The notes: generated by a model from the sequence alone, not told the origin. A stretch of 64,000 bases of DNA from an uncultured Armatimonadetes bacterium (GCA_963716175.1 OY970296.1:3744001-3808000), one strand, 5' to 3'. Numbered from the stretch's first letter, positions 1 to 11,014 are shown. Program-made: numbers and translations.

Positions 1-451
1 CAGGCTGTGGATGAAGCTGAGCAGGGGTGCCGCGGCCAGGCCCACTGGCTCCGCTCGCCGCATGGCATAGGTCTTCGGCGTAAGCTCACACAGCACCAGT
101 ATCACCAGGATCATGCCGAGCGCGCTCGAGCGGCACCCAACGCTGGCTGCCTCCGGAGAGGCGAATGGTGAGTTCCGTGGTGTAGGCCGAGGCCACGATC
201 ACGGAGGCGTTGATCAGGAGTACCAACGAGCTGAGCACCTCTTGCCTGTGCTCCAGCAACCTCTCCAGCCAGCCTGACCCGCGCCGCTTCTCGCTTGCCA
301 ATTGCCGCGCCCGGCTCAGCTCCACACGCACGAGCGCGGCCTCCGAGAGCGAGCAGAAGGCGAGCAGTAGCAAGCAGACCGCGATCGCTGCCACCTGCCA
401 GATGTAGGGGCGGAGCGCAAGCAGGAAGGAAGCTAAGCTGGGATCAGCCAT
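1..451 (-). CDS. CNNM/DUF21 (hemolysin-family, CorC/HlyC) membrane protein, N-terminal part; runs off window; apparent frameshift near 120-130
   Basis: AFCSLSEAAL motif and SSLVLLINA helix; other frame continues LVILVLCELTPKTYA (GEIxPK-like motif). Confidence 0.8.
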
Positions 452-1761
452 GGCTGGGCCCACTCTCTCCGGCGCGGGGCCTCATTCGCCCCCGCCTTGG
501 CGCGGCTCTTTGCCGGCCTCGCCAGCCTGCGGCTTCCGCACCGCCAGCACGCGGAGATGCGGTAGCCCTGCCGTTCGTCCACGATCAGCCGCACTCCGTG
601 CAGGTCGAGGGCCTGGCCCACCCTTGGAACCACTCCCAGGCGGCTGTACAGCAAACCCGCCAGGGAATCGTAGTCACCCTCTGGCAGCGGGAGGCCGAGG
701 GCAGCCGAGGCCTCGCTGATGCTCATGCGGCCATCCAGGGCGATGGTTCCTCCCTCCAAGCGCTGCACCAGAGGCCGCACCACGTCATACTCGTCGTAGA
801 TGTCCCCTACCACCTCCTCCAGCAGATCCTCCAGTGTCACCAGGCCCGCGGTCCCGCCGTATTCGTCCACCACGATGGCGAAGGTGCGGCGGTTGCGCCG
901 GAAATCCGTCATCAGGTCACTCAGCCGCCTGGTCTCCGGCACGCGCAAGGCCGGCCTCATCACCTCGGTAACGGACACCTCCCCTCCCCCGGTAGCCAGC
1001 AGGGGAAGCACGTCCTTCACATACACCACGCCGACGATGTCATCGAGGTCCTGGCGGTACGCCGGCAGGCGGGAGATGCGGTGCTCCGTCGCCAGTTTCC
1101 CCGCCTCCCTGGCGGTGCCAGTCTCCGGGATCGCCACCATGGCGGTGCGCGGCACCATCACCTCTCGCGCGGCCTTATCGCCGAACTCGAAGATGTGGTG
1201 GATCATGGCCTTTTCCTCTTCCTCCAGGGCCCCGGCCTCGGCCTGCAGATCCACGATGGCGCGAATCTCCTGCTCGGTAACGGGCTCCTCCGGCCTGGGT
1301 CGGCCGCCCAGCAGCCAGACCAGGCCTTCGGCCATGAGGCCCATCGCCCGAGTCGGCACCCAAAGCAGCCCGGAGGCAATCCAGATCGGCACTACTGTGG
1401 CCCGCGCCACCCGCTCCACATTCGCCACCGCATAGCTGATAGGCACCGCCTCCGCGAACACCATCACCAGCATCACCACGGCCAGAATCGCCACCCACAC
1501 TGGCAGGCCGTGGGTGACCGCCAGGTCGGCGGCCATCGCCTCGGAGCTGTAGTTCAGGGCAGTGATCAGCACCAGCATGGTGCCCAACGTCACTGTCGGG
1601 CGAGAGAGGAGCCGCTCGGTCAGGGCCCCGGTCAGCCCGGTGGAGAGACGGCGGGCCCGGTGCCGGCCCAGCGCCAGCAGGCTGATCTCGGCGGCTGAGA
1701 ACAGCCCGGCGACCAGCAACAGCACCAGGATGACAAGAGCTATCAGCAGGTCGTTAGGCAT
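433..1761 (-). CDS. CNNM/DUF21-CBS-CorC transporter-associated protein (true stop probably ~482 after a late frameshift)
   Basis: FSAAEISL, AEAVPI, REVMVPR CBS pair, VVDEYGGTAGLVTLEDLLEE, C-terminal CorC_HlyC domain. Confidence 0.9.
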   Translation of the reverse strand: MPNDLLIALVILVLLLVAGLFSAAEISLLALGRHRARRLSTGLTGALTERLLSRPTVTLGTMLVLITALNYSSEAMAADLAVTHGLPVWVAILAVVMLVMVFAEAVPISYAVANVERVARATVVPIWIASGLLWVPTRAMGLMAEGLVWLLGGRPRPEEPVTEQEIRAIVDLQAEAGALEEEEKAMIHHIFEFGDKAAREVMVPRTAMVAIPETGTAREAGKLATEHRISRLPAYRQDLDDIVGVVYVKDVLPLLATGGGEVSVTEVMRPALRVPETRRLSDLMTDFRRNRRTFAIVVDEYGGTAGLVTLEDLLEEVVGDIYDEYDVVRPLVQRLEGGTIALDGRMSISEASAALGLPLPEGDYDSLAGLLYSRLGVVPRVGQALDLHGVRLIVDERQGYRISACWRCGSRRLARPAKSRAKAGANEAPRRREWAQPWLIPA

Positions 1762-1815
1762 GGGCCCTGTCGGCTCCCCGCGATAGCTGTCTCACCTGTC
1801 CGACCCTGTTGCCAT

Positions 1816-2529
1816 TCACCACCCTGCGCGCATCGCCAGCGCGCCGTAGAGCGCGAACCCGACCACCAGCGCCACTGCTGCGCCGATGAGCACTTCTCTC
1901 ACGGTATGAATGCCAGCATCCACCCGGCTCTGCGCCACCAGCACCGCCAGCGCAAATGCCAGGAAGCGCTCGATCACGCCCGGAGTGAGAAACCAGATGC
2001 TGACGAAGCAGAAGAAAGCCACCGCGCTGTGGGCGCTGATCACTCCACCCCGGGTCAGACTACCTCGCCCGCCCCAGAGCTTGGCGACGATCACCGCCAC
2101 CACCACCGTCACCACTCCCACCAGCAGGACATGCAGTGGATGGGGCCGCGGCCGCCCCACTCCTCGCAGCGCCTCCAGGGCCTCTGCGTTCAAGAAGACG
2201 CCGAGCACGATCAGCACCCCCATGACGATCGCCACCAACACCCCGGCGCCGCCCACGTCCTTGGCGATCTTGGCCAGGGGATGATACTCGGGGCTGACCA
2301 GATCCACCACAGTCTCGATGGCGCTGTTGATCACCTCGGCCAGCACCACCAGGGCGATCGCCAGGCAGAGCAGCAGCAGCTCCACCCGGCTCACCCGCAC
2401 CACCGCACTGGCCAGCAGCACCAGGGCGCCGATGAGGAGAAGCACGCGCACGTGCCAGTCTTTGTGCAGCACGTGCACCAGCCCCTCCACCGCATACCTC
2501 GTGCTTTCCAGCAGGTGGCGAGGCCTCAT
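1816..2529 (-). CDS. dgkA: Diacylglycerol/undecaprenol kinase fused to PAP2 phosphatase
   Basis: EVINSAIETVVDL...AKIAKD kinase motif followed by SAHS and SRV...HT PAP2 motifs; ATGA overlap with ybeY. Confidence 0.85.
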   Translation of the reverse strand: MRPRHLLESTRYAVEGLVHVLHKDWHVRVLLLIGALVLLASAVVRVSRVELLLLCLAIALVVLAEVINSAIETVVDLVSPEYHPLAKIAKDVGGAGVLVAIVMGVLIVLGVFLNAEALEALRGVGRPRPHPLHVLLVGVVTVVVAVIVAKLWGGRGSLTRGGVISAHSAVAFFCFVSIWFLTPGVIERFLAFALAVLVAQSRVDAGIHTVREVLIGAAVALVVGFALYGALAMRAGW

Positions 2530-3098
2530 CTGGTCGTCCGGGAGGGCGGATCGGTGACCTCTCCGCTCTTCTGGCTGCGGGAAGCCGGCGCCAGGTCGCA
2601 GGCCAACGCGGGATCTATCTCCCTCAGCAACGCCTCCGCGTGGCCCATCATCTGGCGCCGCTGCCCCAGGGTTCGGTCCTTCCATCCGGTGAGATGGAGG
2701 ATCCCGTGAATCAGCAGCAGCGCCAGCTCCGCCCTCACCGGGTGGCCCATGGCCCGTGCCTGCCGCTCCGCCGTTTCCACCGAGATCGCTACATCCCCCA
2801 GCAATGGGACGGGCCCGCCCCGGCCCGCTGGCCGCGCTACCGCGGGCACATGCCTCCCCGCCGACTGGGGGAACGCCAGCACATCCGTCGCCGCGTCCCG
2901 GCCCTTGTACCTCCGATTCAGATCCCGAATCCATTTGTCATCACCAATCGCCACACTCAGCTCGGCACCCGGCTCGCACCCCTCGGCCACCATCACGGCC
3001 CGAGCAATGCGAAGCAGCCGCGCCCCAAGGCGGCGGGCAACCGACGTCCGCCTTTGGTTGACCCGGGTCCTCGCTCTGCCGACCAGGACCACCGCCAC
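2526..3098 (-). CDS. ybeY: rRNA maturation endoribonuclease YbeY
   Basis: LNRRY..TDVLAF, LGDVAIS, HGILHLTGW metal motif. Confidence 0.92.
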   Translation of the reverse strand: MAVVLVGRARTRVNQRRTSVARRLGARLLRIARAVMVAEGCEPGAELSVAIGDDKWIRDLNRRYKGRDAATDVLAFPQSAGRHVPAVARPAGRGGPVPLLGDVAISVETAERQARAMGHPVRAELALLLIHGILHLTGWKDRTLGQRRQMMGHAEALLREIDPALACDLAPASRSQKSGEVTDPPSRTTR

Positions 3099-3104
3099 CC
3101 GCGG

Positions 3105-5231
3105 TCACTTCCCAGGCCCTGCCGCGACTGGCTCCGGGTACTCGATCCGGCTGTGGCAGAGCAGTCCCGAGAGCATGCGCGCCATGGTGGCCTCCACTGC
3201 CGCCACATCCCGGAAGGTGAGTTCGCACTCTCCCAGTTGCCCGTCAACGACGCGGTCCCGGATCAGGTCGCGCACCAACTGCTGCACGCGCTGTGGGGTG
3301 GGATCGGGCAGCGCCTTCGCCGCCGCCTGCACCGAGTCGGCGAGCATCACCAGTGCCGCCTCTTTGCTCTGGGGCAAGGGGCCCGGGTAGCGGAACTGAT
3401 CCTCGGTCACGCCCTCCGGGCGTTCGCCGGTAAGGGCCTGCTGGTAGAAGAAGCTGACCAGGGTGGTCCCATGATGCTGGGAGACGATATCCACTATCTC
3501 CGGGGGCAGGCGATGCTGCCGCGCCAGCTCCACCCCATCCTTGACATGGGACAGGATAATCAACCCGGACAAGGAGGAGGAGAGCCGGTCGTGAACATTC
3601 GCCAGGCCCAGGATGCCCTGGTTCTCGACAAAGAAGGGGGGCCGCGCCAGCTTGCCGATATCGTGATAGAGCGCGCCCACCCGCGCCAGCAGGCCATCGG
3701 CGCCCGCTGCCTGGGCCCCGGCGTCGGCCAGGTCAGCCACCATCACCGAAGCGTAGTAGGTGCCTGGGGCCTCCGTCTGCAGGCGGCGGAGCAGCGGATG
3801 CTGCGGGTTGGACAGCTCGAGCAGGCCGAGGTGAGTCGTGATGCCGAATGCGCGCTGCAGCAGGACGATGCCTCCCAGACTCAGGGCAGCTACACCCGGG
3901 CTGTAGAGGATGCTGGCCAGTCCCGCCTCGTGCATTATCGCGACCCAAGGCCGACCCTGGAGCAGACCACCTGCAGAGACCAACACCAGGTTCGTCAAGG
4001 CCATGATGCTCACCATCCAGCGCAGCCGCGACACCGGCCATAGATGAGAGACATAGCTCAGCGCCACCACTGCACTGCCCAGGGACAGCACGGCCGCGAT
4101 GAGGCCGCCGTTTGTCATCAGGCCCACCAGGAAGCTCAGAGCCACCGCCAGCGCCAGCCCTACCTCTTGGGCCAGCAGGGTCGCTGCCAGCAGGGTGGCC
4201 GTCGGCACCATCAGCATCCAGGCATTAGGAAGGGAAAGCGCCAACAGGTTGGTGGTAAAGAGAGCGACCACTACCAGCAGCGAAAGCAGCAGCAGCTGCT
4301 TGGGCCGCTCGTAGACCCGCCCTGCCCACTGCCGGGTCTGGGCGCCCAGCACCAGCACGATCAGGGCCACGATCAGGCCGATGGCCAGGGACCGGCGGTA
4401 GCTCAGCCCCGGGCCCCGCAGCCCCACCGCGTCCAGCATCGCCAGATGCCGGCGGGTGACCCGCTCCCCGGGCGCCAGGATCACATGGTCGGCGGCGATG
4501 GTCCGCTCCACTTCCTGCACCCGCGCCCCGGCCTCCTTCCGCGCCGCGTTCGTCGCCTCCTCGTCATAGACCCGATTGGGCGCCACCTCCCGCACCACTA
4601 CCGCCGCGAGCAGAGCGGCCGCAGGCCCTTGCTCTGGCTGACGCGCCAACGCTGCCGCGGCCTCTCGCGCCGACCGCAGATCGGCCGTGCCCTCCCTGAT
4701 CTCCCGGGACATCACCTGCTGCAGGATTCCGCCCGCCCGCCGCCGCAGCGCCTCCAGTCTGTCCGGGGAGGCCTCCTCGGCCCAGGCCAGCGCGTCGGCG
4801 GGCAGGCCGGAGACCCGCGGCACAGAGCCCGGCAGGGCCGGCTTGGTGCTTGCGGCCACCAGCGCCTCGAAGACGCCGTCCACCCGCTGCTCAGCATCGG
4901 CGAGGGCGAAGGGCAGGGGAGCATACTGAGGCGACAGCGAGGCCCGCCGCTCGGCCTCCCGGCGCAGCCGCGCCGTCTCATCGGGGTCCACGTACTGGGC
5001 GGTGCGAGGCGCCCGGATCAGTGCCGGGCTGGGCTCCCCCGGGCGGAGCGACACCCGCCCTGGGAAGAGGTTATACCCGAGCAGGATCAGAGTCCCCGCG
5101 GCCCACGTGAACAGCCCGAGTGCAATGCGTGCCCACGTGACCAAGGCGGCGGGGCTGCGACGCCCGCCTCTCGCGGCGAGACTCCAACTCCGCCCGCCGT
5201 TGGCACGGCGGGCGCTGCGGGCGCGACTCAT
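3105..5231 (-). CDS. pgpH: 7TM-HD phosphohydrolase (PgpH-like c-di-AMP phosphodiesterase)
   Basis: Extracellular domain, 7 TM segments, EAPGTY, YHDIGK, FFVENQ, HHGT, MLADS motifs; phoH-pgpH-ybeY synteny. Confidence 0.85.
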   Translation of the reverse strand: MSRARSARRANGGRSWSLAARGGRRSPAALVTWARIALGLFTWAAGTLILLGYNLFPGRVSLRPGEPSPALIRAPRTAQYVDPDETARLRREAERRASLSPQYAPLPFALADAEQRVDGVFEALVAASTKPALPGSVPRVSGLPADALAWAEEASPDRLEALRRRAGGILQQVMSREIREGTADLRSAREAAAALARQPEQGPAAALLAAVVVREVAPNRVYDEEATNAARKEAGARVQEVERTIAADHVILAPGERVTRRHLAMLDAVGLRGPGLSYRRSLAIGLIVALIVLVLGAQTRQWAGRVYERPKQLLLLSLLVVVALFTTNLLALSLPNAWMLMVPTATLLAATLLAQEVGLALAVALSFLVGLMTNGGLIAAVLSLGSAVVALSYVSHLWPVSRLRWMVSIMALTNLVLVSAGGLLQGRPWVAIMHEAGLASILYSPGVAALSLGGIVLLQRAFGITTHLGLLELSNPQHPLLRRLQTEAPGTYYASVMVADLADAGAQAAGADGLLARVGALYHDIGKLARPPFFVENQGILGLANVHDRLSSSLSGLIILSHVKDGVELARQHRLPPEIVDIVSQHHGTTLVSFFYQQALTGERPEGVTEDQFRYPGPLPQSKEAALVMLADSVQAAAKALPDPTPQRVQQLVRDLIRDRVVDGQLGECELTFRDVAAVEATMARMLSGLLCHSRIEYPEPVAAGPGK

Positions 5232-6237
5232 CTGGTCGGCGGCCCCTCAGCTCCGGAGCCTTCCCTTCTGCCGGAACGACCGGCCTCGTGCTGGTCGTAG
5301 GCCTGTATGATGCGCTGCACCAACTCGTGCCGCACTACATCCTGATCCGAGAAATAGACGAACGCGATCCCGGGGATGCCAGGCAGGATCTCGCGCACGT
5401 GGTTGAGGCCGGAGACTTGGCCCCGGGGGAGATCCGTCTGCGTGATGTCCCCGGTGACCACGGCCTTGGAGCCGAACCCGAGCCGGGTGAGGAACATCTT
5501 CATCTGCTCCGGCGTGGTGTTCTGGGCCTCGTCCAGGATGATGAAGGAGTCGTTCAGCGTCCGCCCTCGCATGAATGCCAGCGGCGCCACCTCGATCATG
5601 CCCCGCTCCACCATGCGCTGCGCCTTCTCGAGATCCATCATGTCATAGAGCGCGTCGAACAGAGGCCGCAGGTACGGGTCCACCTTGGCCGCGATATCCC
5701 CCGGGAGGAAGCCCAGCTTCTCTCCCGCCTCCAGCGCCGGACGGGTGAGCATCACCCGCGACGCGCGCCGGTCTCGCAGCGCGCTCACCGCCATCGCCAT
5801 TGCCAGATACGTCTTCCCGGTCCCGGCGGGGCCGATAGCGAAGGTCAGGTCGGCATGCGCCATCGCCTCTACATACCGCGCTGGGTCTGGGTGTGGGGCT
5901 TGATGGGCTTGCCGCGTTCGGTAACGAGCACCACATCCGAGAACAGCACCTCTTCCGCCTGCGCACGGCCGCTCCCCACCAAGCGGGCGGCGTATTCCAC
6001 CTCACCCGTGGTGATCGGATGCCCCATCTGAACCAGCTTGCGCAGCTCCCCCAGCAGCTCGGTCGCACGCGCCACCTGCTCCCGAGTGCCGCGCACTCGA
6101 ATCTCATTGCCACGGGCCCCGATGTGCGCGCCCAGCTCGCGCTCGATCAGGCGTAGGTTCTCGTCGTGGGTGCCCGCAAGCGCGACCGCCTCCTCGTTGT
6201 CCGCGAGGACCAGCTTGGTCTCCGAGGCCTGCTCCAT
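5228..6237 (-). CDS. phoH: PhoH family ATPase (frameshift near 5870-5885, probably sequencing error)
   Basis: N-terminal KH-like part 5869-6237 and GPAGTGKT / RGRTL / DEAQN part 5228-5863. Confidence 0.9.
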
Positions 6238-6443
6238 CCCACCGGCGGGCCGAGCTCTGCTCGCGCCCGAAGGCGGCGAATGGCCTGATCTGGATTGGCG
6301 ATTAGAATCCGTGATTGGGTTCAGCCTCGTCAGCTGCTATGCGTGCGGAGGGACGGTGCTGCGGACGGCTCATGCGGCAGAGGCACTGCCGGTAGCTCAG
6401 GAATCCCCCCGAGGGCCCGCTCCGGGCGGGCCCGCCCTCAAGC

Positions 6444-6474
6444 AAAACAGAAGCCCGCCGGAGGCGGGCATCTG
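6444..6474 (-). terminator. Intrinsic terminator downstream of rpsU
   Basis: Minus strand CAGATGCCCGCC-TCC-GGCGGGCTTCTG followed by TTTT. Confidence 0.7.
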
Positions 6475-6494
6475 CTCCCGTCATCAGTTTTCGC

Positions 6495-6692
6495 TCACTC
6501 GCTGCTGCGGCGTCTTTCCGCTCGGCGGCTCCGCCTGATGGCGGCCGCCAGCAACCGGCGCCGTTTGTCGCTCGGTTTCTCGTAGCGCTCGTGGCGCTTC
6601 GCCGCCTCCAGCACGCCGTGCTGGTGCAGCTCTCGCTTGAAGCGCCTCAGCGCGCTATCTATCGACTCGTTGTCGCGAACTTCGACAGTCAA
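6495..6692 (-). CDS. rpsU: 30S ribosomal protein S21
   Basis: ESIDSALRRFKR...YEKPS signature. Confidence 0.95.
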   Translation of the reverse strand: MTVEVRDNESIDSALRRFKRELHQHGVLEAAKRHERYEKPSDKRRRLLAAAIRRSRRAERRRSSE

Positions 6693-6824
6693 CGCTCTCC
6701 CCCCCTTCTCCTCTAATCAGACTGCAAGGGCGGGCACGGGGATGCCCGCCTTCCGTCACCGCGGACCGCTGGCGCTCCAGCACCCCACCCCCGGGCTGGA
6801 CCGCGCCGGCTCATGATCGCGCTG

Positions 6825-6854
6825 ATTATAGCAGGGGCCCCCGACCCTTGTCAA
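6825..6854 (-). promoter_or_regulatory. Sigma70-type promoter for rpsU
   Basis: TTGACA-N18-TATAAT with extended TG. Confidence 0.75.
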
Positions 6855-6876
6855 ATCCGGGCGTGGGCCACCGTAT

Positions 6877-7221
6877 CTAGCCCGGCGGCCACCCCAGCCG
6901 GCGGCCCCCCAGGAGGTGGAAGTGCACGTGATCTACCGACTGCCCCGCCTCCGGGCCGCAGTTCGCCACCAGGCGGAATCCGGTTTCGGCGACCCCCTCC
7001 TCCTCGGCGATTTGTGCGGCTACCCGCACAAGATGGCCCAGGATCATCTCGTTCTCCGCCGATAGATCGCGCAATGATGAGATGTGGGATCGTGGGATTA
7101 TCAACAGGTGTGAAGGAGCCTGTGGATTCCGGTCGCGAAACGCCACAGCCGTGTCGTCGCTGTAGACCAACGGGGCCGGCACTTCACCAGATGCTATCCG
7201 GCAGAAAATGCAGTCTGGCAC
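6877..7221 (-). CDS. Histidine triad (HIT) nucleotide-binding protein
   Basis: CIFCRI start, GQSVDHVHFHLLGG motif, WPPG end. Confidence 0.95.
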   Translation of the reverse strand: MPDCIFCRIASGEVPAPLVYSDDTAVAFRDRNPQAPSHLLIIPRSHISSLRDLSAENEMILGHLVRVAAQIAEEEGVAETGFRLVANCGPEAGQSVDHVHFHLLGGRRLGWPPG

Positions 7222-7247
7222 CACCGCCTCCTTGCCGGCCAGCAGCG

Positions 7248-8066
7248 TCACTCGAGCCGCAGCCGCAGCAGTTCCCGCGCATTCTCCCACGCAATCGCCT
7301 CTCTCTCCTGCTGGCTCAGGTCGAGTCGGCAGAGGCGATCCAGGTCTCTGCCCGGATGGCCCCAGGGGAAATCGGTGGCGAAAAGGATGCGCTGGGAGCC
7401 GTGCCGGCGGATCAGCGATACCATTGCTTCATCGCTCAGCTCACTCGGCGGGCAGTACGAGGTGTCGAAATAGATATCTCGCGCCAAGAGATGGTCTCTC
7501 ACCTGGTCCCACATCTGGTATCCGCCCAGGTGGGCCAGCACCAGGGTGAGCCGCGGGAAGGCCTCATGCAGCTGCGCCAGCGCCGCGGGCTGGGCATAGA
7601 CGCGCTCCAGAGGCGCGATCTCCTGACCGCTGTGAAACAGCACCACCAGCCGGCCCTGCGCCGCCTCGTAGGCCGGCCAGAGTCGCCGGTCATCAGGAGA
7701 GAACTGCTGGAAATTCGGCTGGCACTTGATCCCTTTGAGCCCCAACGCGATCACGCGCTCCACCTCGGCGCTGACATCCGGCAGGTCGGGATGGAGCGCA
7801 CCGAAGCAGATGATCCGCTGCGAGCTGTTCTCTGCCGCCCAATCGTTGATGGACCGCACCTGATCAGGCCGGGTGGCCACCGGCGCCACCACCGATGCCT
7901 CCACTCCAACCTCATCCATCACCCCGAGCAGCCCTGCGATGGTCGGCTCCGCCACCGGGTGCACCTGGTAGCTCTCGGTGAGTGAGGCCACCGCGCGGGC
8001 TGCTACCTTCTCCGGGAAGGCGTGAGTGTGGAAATCCACCACATGCCTGGGCCGACGGTCATTCAT
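7248..8066 (-). CDS. Amidohydrolase_2 family metallohydrolase
   Basis: DFHTH, LAHLGG, FDTSY, FATDFPW motifs. Confidence 0.85.
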   Translation of the reverse strand: MNDRRPRHVVDFHTHAFPEKVAARAVASLTESYQVHPVAEPTIAGLLGVMDEVGVEASVVAPVATRPDQVRSINDWAAENSSQRIICFGALHPDLPDVSAEVERVIALGLKGIKCQPNFQQFSPDDRRLWPAYEAAQGRLVVLFHSGQEIAPLERVYAQPAALAQLHEAFPRLTLVLAHLGGYQMWDQVRDHLLARDIYFDTSYCPPSELSDEAMVSLIRRHGSQRILFATDFPWGHPGRDLDRLCRLDLSQQEREAIAWENARELLRLRLE

Positions 8067-8874
8067 CGCCCTGCTCCTCGGGAAGCTGGAACAGACGGCG
8101 GGCATTCGCGTTCGCGGCCTCCACCAAGTCTGTGCTGCTCATCCCTCGCACCTCCGCCAGTCGCCGCGCGACCAGGGGCAGATTGGCCGGCTCATTGTCA
8201 GCTTTGCGCCGCGGCTCGGGCGCCAGGTAGGGGGCGTCGGTCTCCAGCAGCAGCCGGTCGAGCGGCACCCCGGCCGCGATCTCTCGCAGCTCGGCCGACC
8301 GCGGGTAGGTGATCACCCCGGTGAACCCCAGCGCCATTCCCAGGGCCAGCGCCGCCTCCGCCTGTTCGCGGGTCCCGTCGAAGCAGTGCCAGACGCCGGC
8401 CGGCGGCCGGCCGGCACGCTCCCGCAGTATGCTCAGGACAGCGTCCTGAGCCGCCCGACAGTGCACCACCAGAGGCAGAGCCACCTCCTCGGCCAGCGCC
8501 AGATGGCGCCGGAAGCTCTCCTCCTGGGTCGGCCGTGGTGAGAGATCGCGGTAGAAATCCAGGCCGGTCTCGCCGATCGCGACCACTCGTCGAGACCGGA
8601 CCAGCTTGCGCAGGCGCGCCATCGCCTGCGCGTCGCAGGTGCTGGCATCGTGGGGATGGATTCCCGCCGTCGCCCACAGCCCGCGATGCTCTTCGGCCAA
8701 CCTCACTGCCACCTCGCTGCTGGGCAGGTCGTAGCCAACCACGACCATCTCCGTGACGCCGACGGCGCGGGCGCGAGCGAGCACGGCCTCCAGATGACGG
8801 AGAAGCCGCGGGTGGTTGAGGTGAGTGTGGGTGTCTATGGCGCGCGTGCGGCGAATCGCCGCCTGACTGCTCAA
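8059..8874 (-). CDS. tatD: TatD family hydrolase
   Basis: DTHTH, GIHPH, IGETGLDF, LLETDAPYL. Confidence 0.93.
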   Translation of the reverse strand: MSSQAAIRRTRAIDTHTHLNHPRLLRHLEAVLARARAVGVTEMVVVGYDLPSSEVAVRLAEEHRGLWATAGIHPHDASTCDAQAMARLRKLVRSRRVVAIGETGLDFYRDLSPRPTQEESFRRHLALAEEVALPLVVHCRAAQDAVLSILRERAGRPPAGVWHCFDGTREQAEAALALGMALGFTGVITYPRSAELREIAAGVPLDRLLLETDAPYLAPEPRRKADNEPANLPLVARRLAEVRGMSSTDLVEAANANARRLFQLPEEQGDE

Positions 8875-9365
8875 CCCCGGTCCGTTCTCGATGCCTGCTG
8901 CTCCGTCGCGACCTTCAAATCGAGCACCATTTTCATCCCATCGCGGCGCTGCCCGTAGTAATTGGGGATGAGACGCGCCCGTCGAAACCCAAAAGACTCG
9001 TAGAGTGACTGCGCCGCCCGGTTGTCTACGTTCACCTCCAGGTCGGCCTCGTCCACGTGGTGGGCCCGCAGATAGTCGAGGGAGTGCGCCACCAGCGCGC
9101 TCCCGACTCCGCTCCGCCGCCGGGCCGGATCCACCGCGATCGAGGTGATCCCACCTCTCTTGGTCCCGATCCAGCCCAGCCCCAGCCGCACCAGCGCGTA
9201 GCCAACCACGTGGCCCTGGTCATCCTCAGCCACGAACAGCCCCTTCCGGTCTCGGAACACGTGGGCCAGGAAGGTGCTGGCGCTGTAGCTGTCGGGCCCG
9301 AATGACACCCGCTCGATCTGCATCACCCGGGGAAGATCGCCCACTCTGAACCTGCGGATCAGCAC
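8871..9365 (-). CDS. rimI: Ribosomal-protein-alanine N-acetyltransferase (GNAT)
   Basis: IAVDP.RRRSGVG, LEV...N..A..LY..FGF, YY. Confidence 0.8.
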   Translation of the reverse strand: MLIRRFRVGDLPRVMQIERVSFGPDSYSASTFLAHVFRDRKGLFVAEDDQGHVVGYALVRLGLGWIGTKRGGITSIAVDPARRRSGVGSALVAHSLDYLRAHHVDEADLEVNVDNRAAQSLYESFGFRRARLIPNYYGQRRDGMKMVLDLKVATEQQASRTDRG

Positions 9366-10153
9366 TGCTCGCCCACCTTCACGGCGACCACTTCGCCCGC
9401 CGAGACGCTGCGCGCCATACCCTCCCCCAGCAGCACCAGCGCGCCCTCTGCGTCAATCCCGCTCGCCCGCCCCCGCAGCTCCGCCGCGCCCACCACAACC
9501 GCCACGTCAACACCGCTCAGGGCATCCCGCTCCCGCCACCTCTCCACCAGGCCAGACCCGTCGCCCAGCACGAAGGGCCAGATCCGTTCGAGGTTCCCCA
9601 GCACCCGCGCCGCCATCGCCTCCAGCGGATGGTCGCGCCCGGTTGCGGCGCGCACTGAGGTGGCGCTGGAGCGCAAGGCCTGCGGCAGATCATCTAGAGA
9701 CACGTTGACATTCAGCCCCAGACTCAGCACCGCGGCCTCGACCTGGTCGCCGGCTACCTTTGTCTCAACCAGGACACCTCCGACCTTGCACCCGTCCAGC
9801 AGGATGTCATTGGGCCACTTCACCTTCGCCGGTGCGCCGCTCGCCTGCCAGACGGCCTCCGACGCGGCCAGGGCCATGGCCACGCCCAGCCGCCCCGCCT
9901 GCGTCACCGGGAGGTCCGGGTGACCGATCACCGACATCCACAGACCTCCCTCTGGCGAAGCCCACTCGCGCCCCAATCGGCCGCGAGCCCGGGTCTGCCG
10001 GTCGGCAATCACCAACGCGCCCTCTGGCGCTCCCACATGCAGCCACTGCCAGGCCACGTCAATGGTCGAACCGGTCTCGGCGAGCACGCGGCAAGCGCGG
10101 CCTAATCGGGTGGTCTGCAACTCCTGCAGGAATAGGTCAGCGGAGAAGCCCAC
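9359..10153 (-). CDS. birA: Biotin-[acetyl-CoA-carboxylase] ligase (no HTH)
   Basis: QTRARGRLGREW, KWPND, KVGGVL. Confidence 0.92.
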   Translation of the reverse strand: MGFSADLFLQELQTTRLGRACRVLAETGSTIDVAWQWLHVGAPEGALVIADRQTRARGRLGREWASPEGGLWMSVIGHPDLPVTQAGRLGVAMALAASEAVWQASGAPAKVKWPNDILLDGCKVGGVLVETKVAGDQVEAAVLSLGLNVNVSLDDLPQALRSSATSVRAATGRDHPLEAMAARVLGNLERIWPFVLGDGSGLVERWRERDALSGVDVAVVVGAAELRGRASGIDAEGALVLLGEGMARSVSAGEVVAVKVGEQC

Positions 10154-10159
10154 TCCAGT

Positions 10160-11014
10160 TCATCCAGGGATGATCTCGAGCGCGAAATCCAGGGCCTTGG
10201 GCGAATGGGTTAGCTCGCCCACGGAGATGTAGCCCACGCCGCACTCGGCGTAGCTTCGCACCGTCTCCAGAGTGATGCCCCCGGAAACCTCGGTCTCGGC
10301 GCGGCCGGCGATGAAGCGAACTGCCTGGCGCACCTGCTCGAGGTTCATGTTGTCGAGCATGATCACATCCGTCCCCGCCGCGATCGCCTCCTCCACCTGC
10401 TCCCTACTCTGCGCCTCCACCTCCACCCGGAGCAGGTGATGGGCCTGACGGCGAACCCGCTCCACCGCGCTCCGGATGCCACCCGCGGCGCGAATGTGAT
10501 TGTCCTTGATCAGGATGCCGTCGAACAGCCCGGTGCGGTGGTTGCAGCCACCCGCGACGCGGACCGCGTACTTGTCCAGGAGGCGCAGACCCGGCGCGGT
10601 CTTGCGGGTGTCGCAGATGCGTGCCTTGGTCCCTTTCACCGCCTCCAGATACTGCGCGGTGAGGGTCGCGATCCCAGACAGACGCTGGACGAAATTGAGA
10701 GCGGTCCGCTCCCCGCTGAGGATCGCCCTGGACTCGCCGGCCAGGCGGGCCACCTCCCTCCCGGGGCCAACTCCATCGCCTTCCTGACAGGCCGGCTGGA
10801 AGTTGATCCCTGAATCCAGCCGGCGGAACACCGCTTCCGCCACCGGCAGGCCGGCCAGCACTCCCTCAGCTTTGGCGATGATCGCGGCCTGGGACCGCGC
10901 TCCTATCGGTATGGTGCTGCTGGTGGTGATGTCTCCCGGCCCCAGGTCCTCCGCCAGGGCGCGCGCCACGATGTCTTGCACAGCCTGCTCAGGGATCCCA
11001 AGGTCAGCGTTCAT
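10160..11014 (-). CDS. nadC: Quinolinate phosphoribosyltransferase
   Basis: ERTALN, DTRKTAPG, ILIKDNH, IMLDN, SGGI. Confidence 0.95.
   Translation of the reverse strand: MNADLGIPEQAVQDIVARALAEDLGPGDITTSSTIPIGARSQAAIIAKAEGVLAGLPVAEAVFRRLDSGINFQPACQEGDGVGPGREVARLAGESRAILSGERTALNFVQRLSGIATLTAQYLEAVKGTKARICDTRKTAPGLRLLDKYAVRVAGGCNHRTGLFDGILIKDNHIRAAGGIRSAVERVRRQAHHLLRVEVEAQSREQVEEAIAAGTDVIMLDNMNLEQVRQAVRFIAGRAETEVSGGITLETVRSYAECGVGYISVGELTHSPKALDFALEIIPG

Noticed and set aside
295-5300. Long plus-strand ORFs antisense to real genes (also 15682-17544, 26431-27852, 35399-36520, 49624-50982)
   Set aside because: Shadow ORFs expected in high-GC DNA; no recognisable motifs
6288-6320. GATT/AATC short repeats upstream of phoH
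   Set aside because: Too short and degenerate to assign; no second copy seen in window
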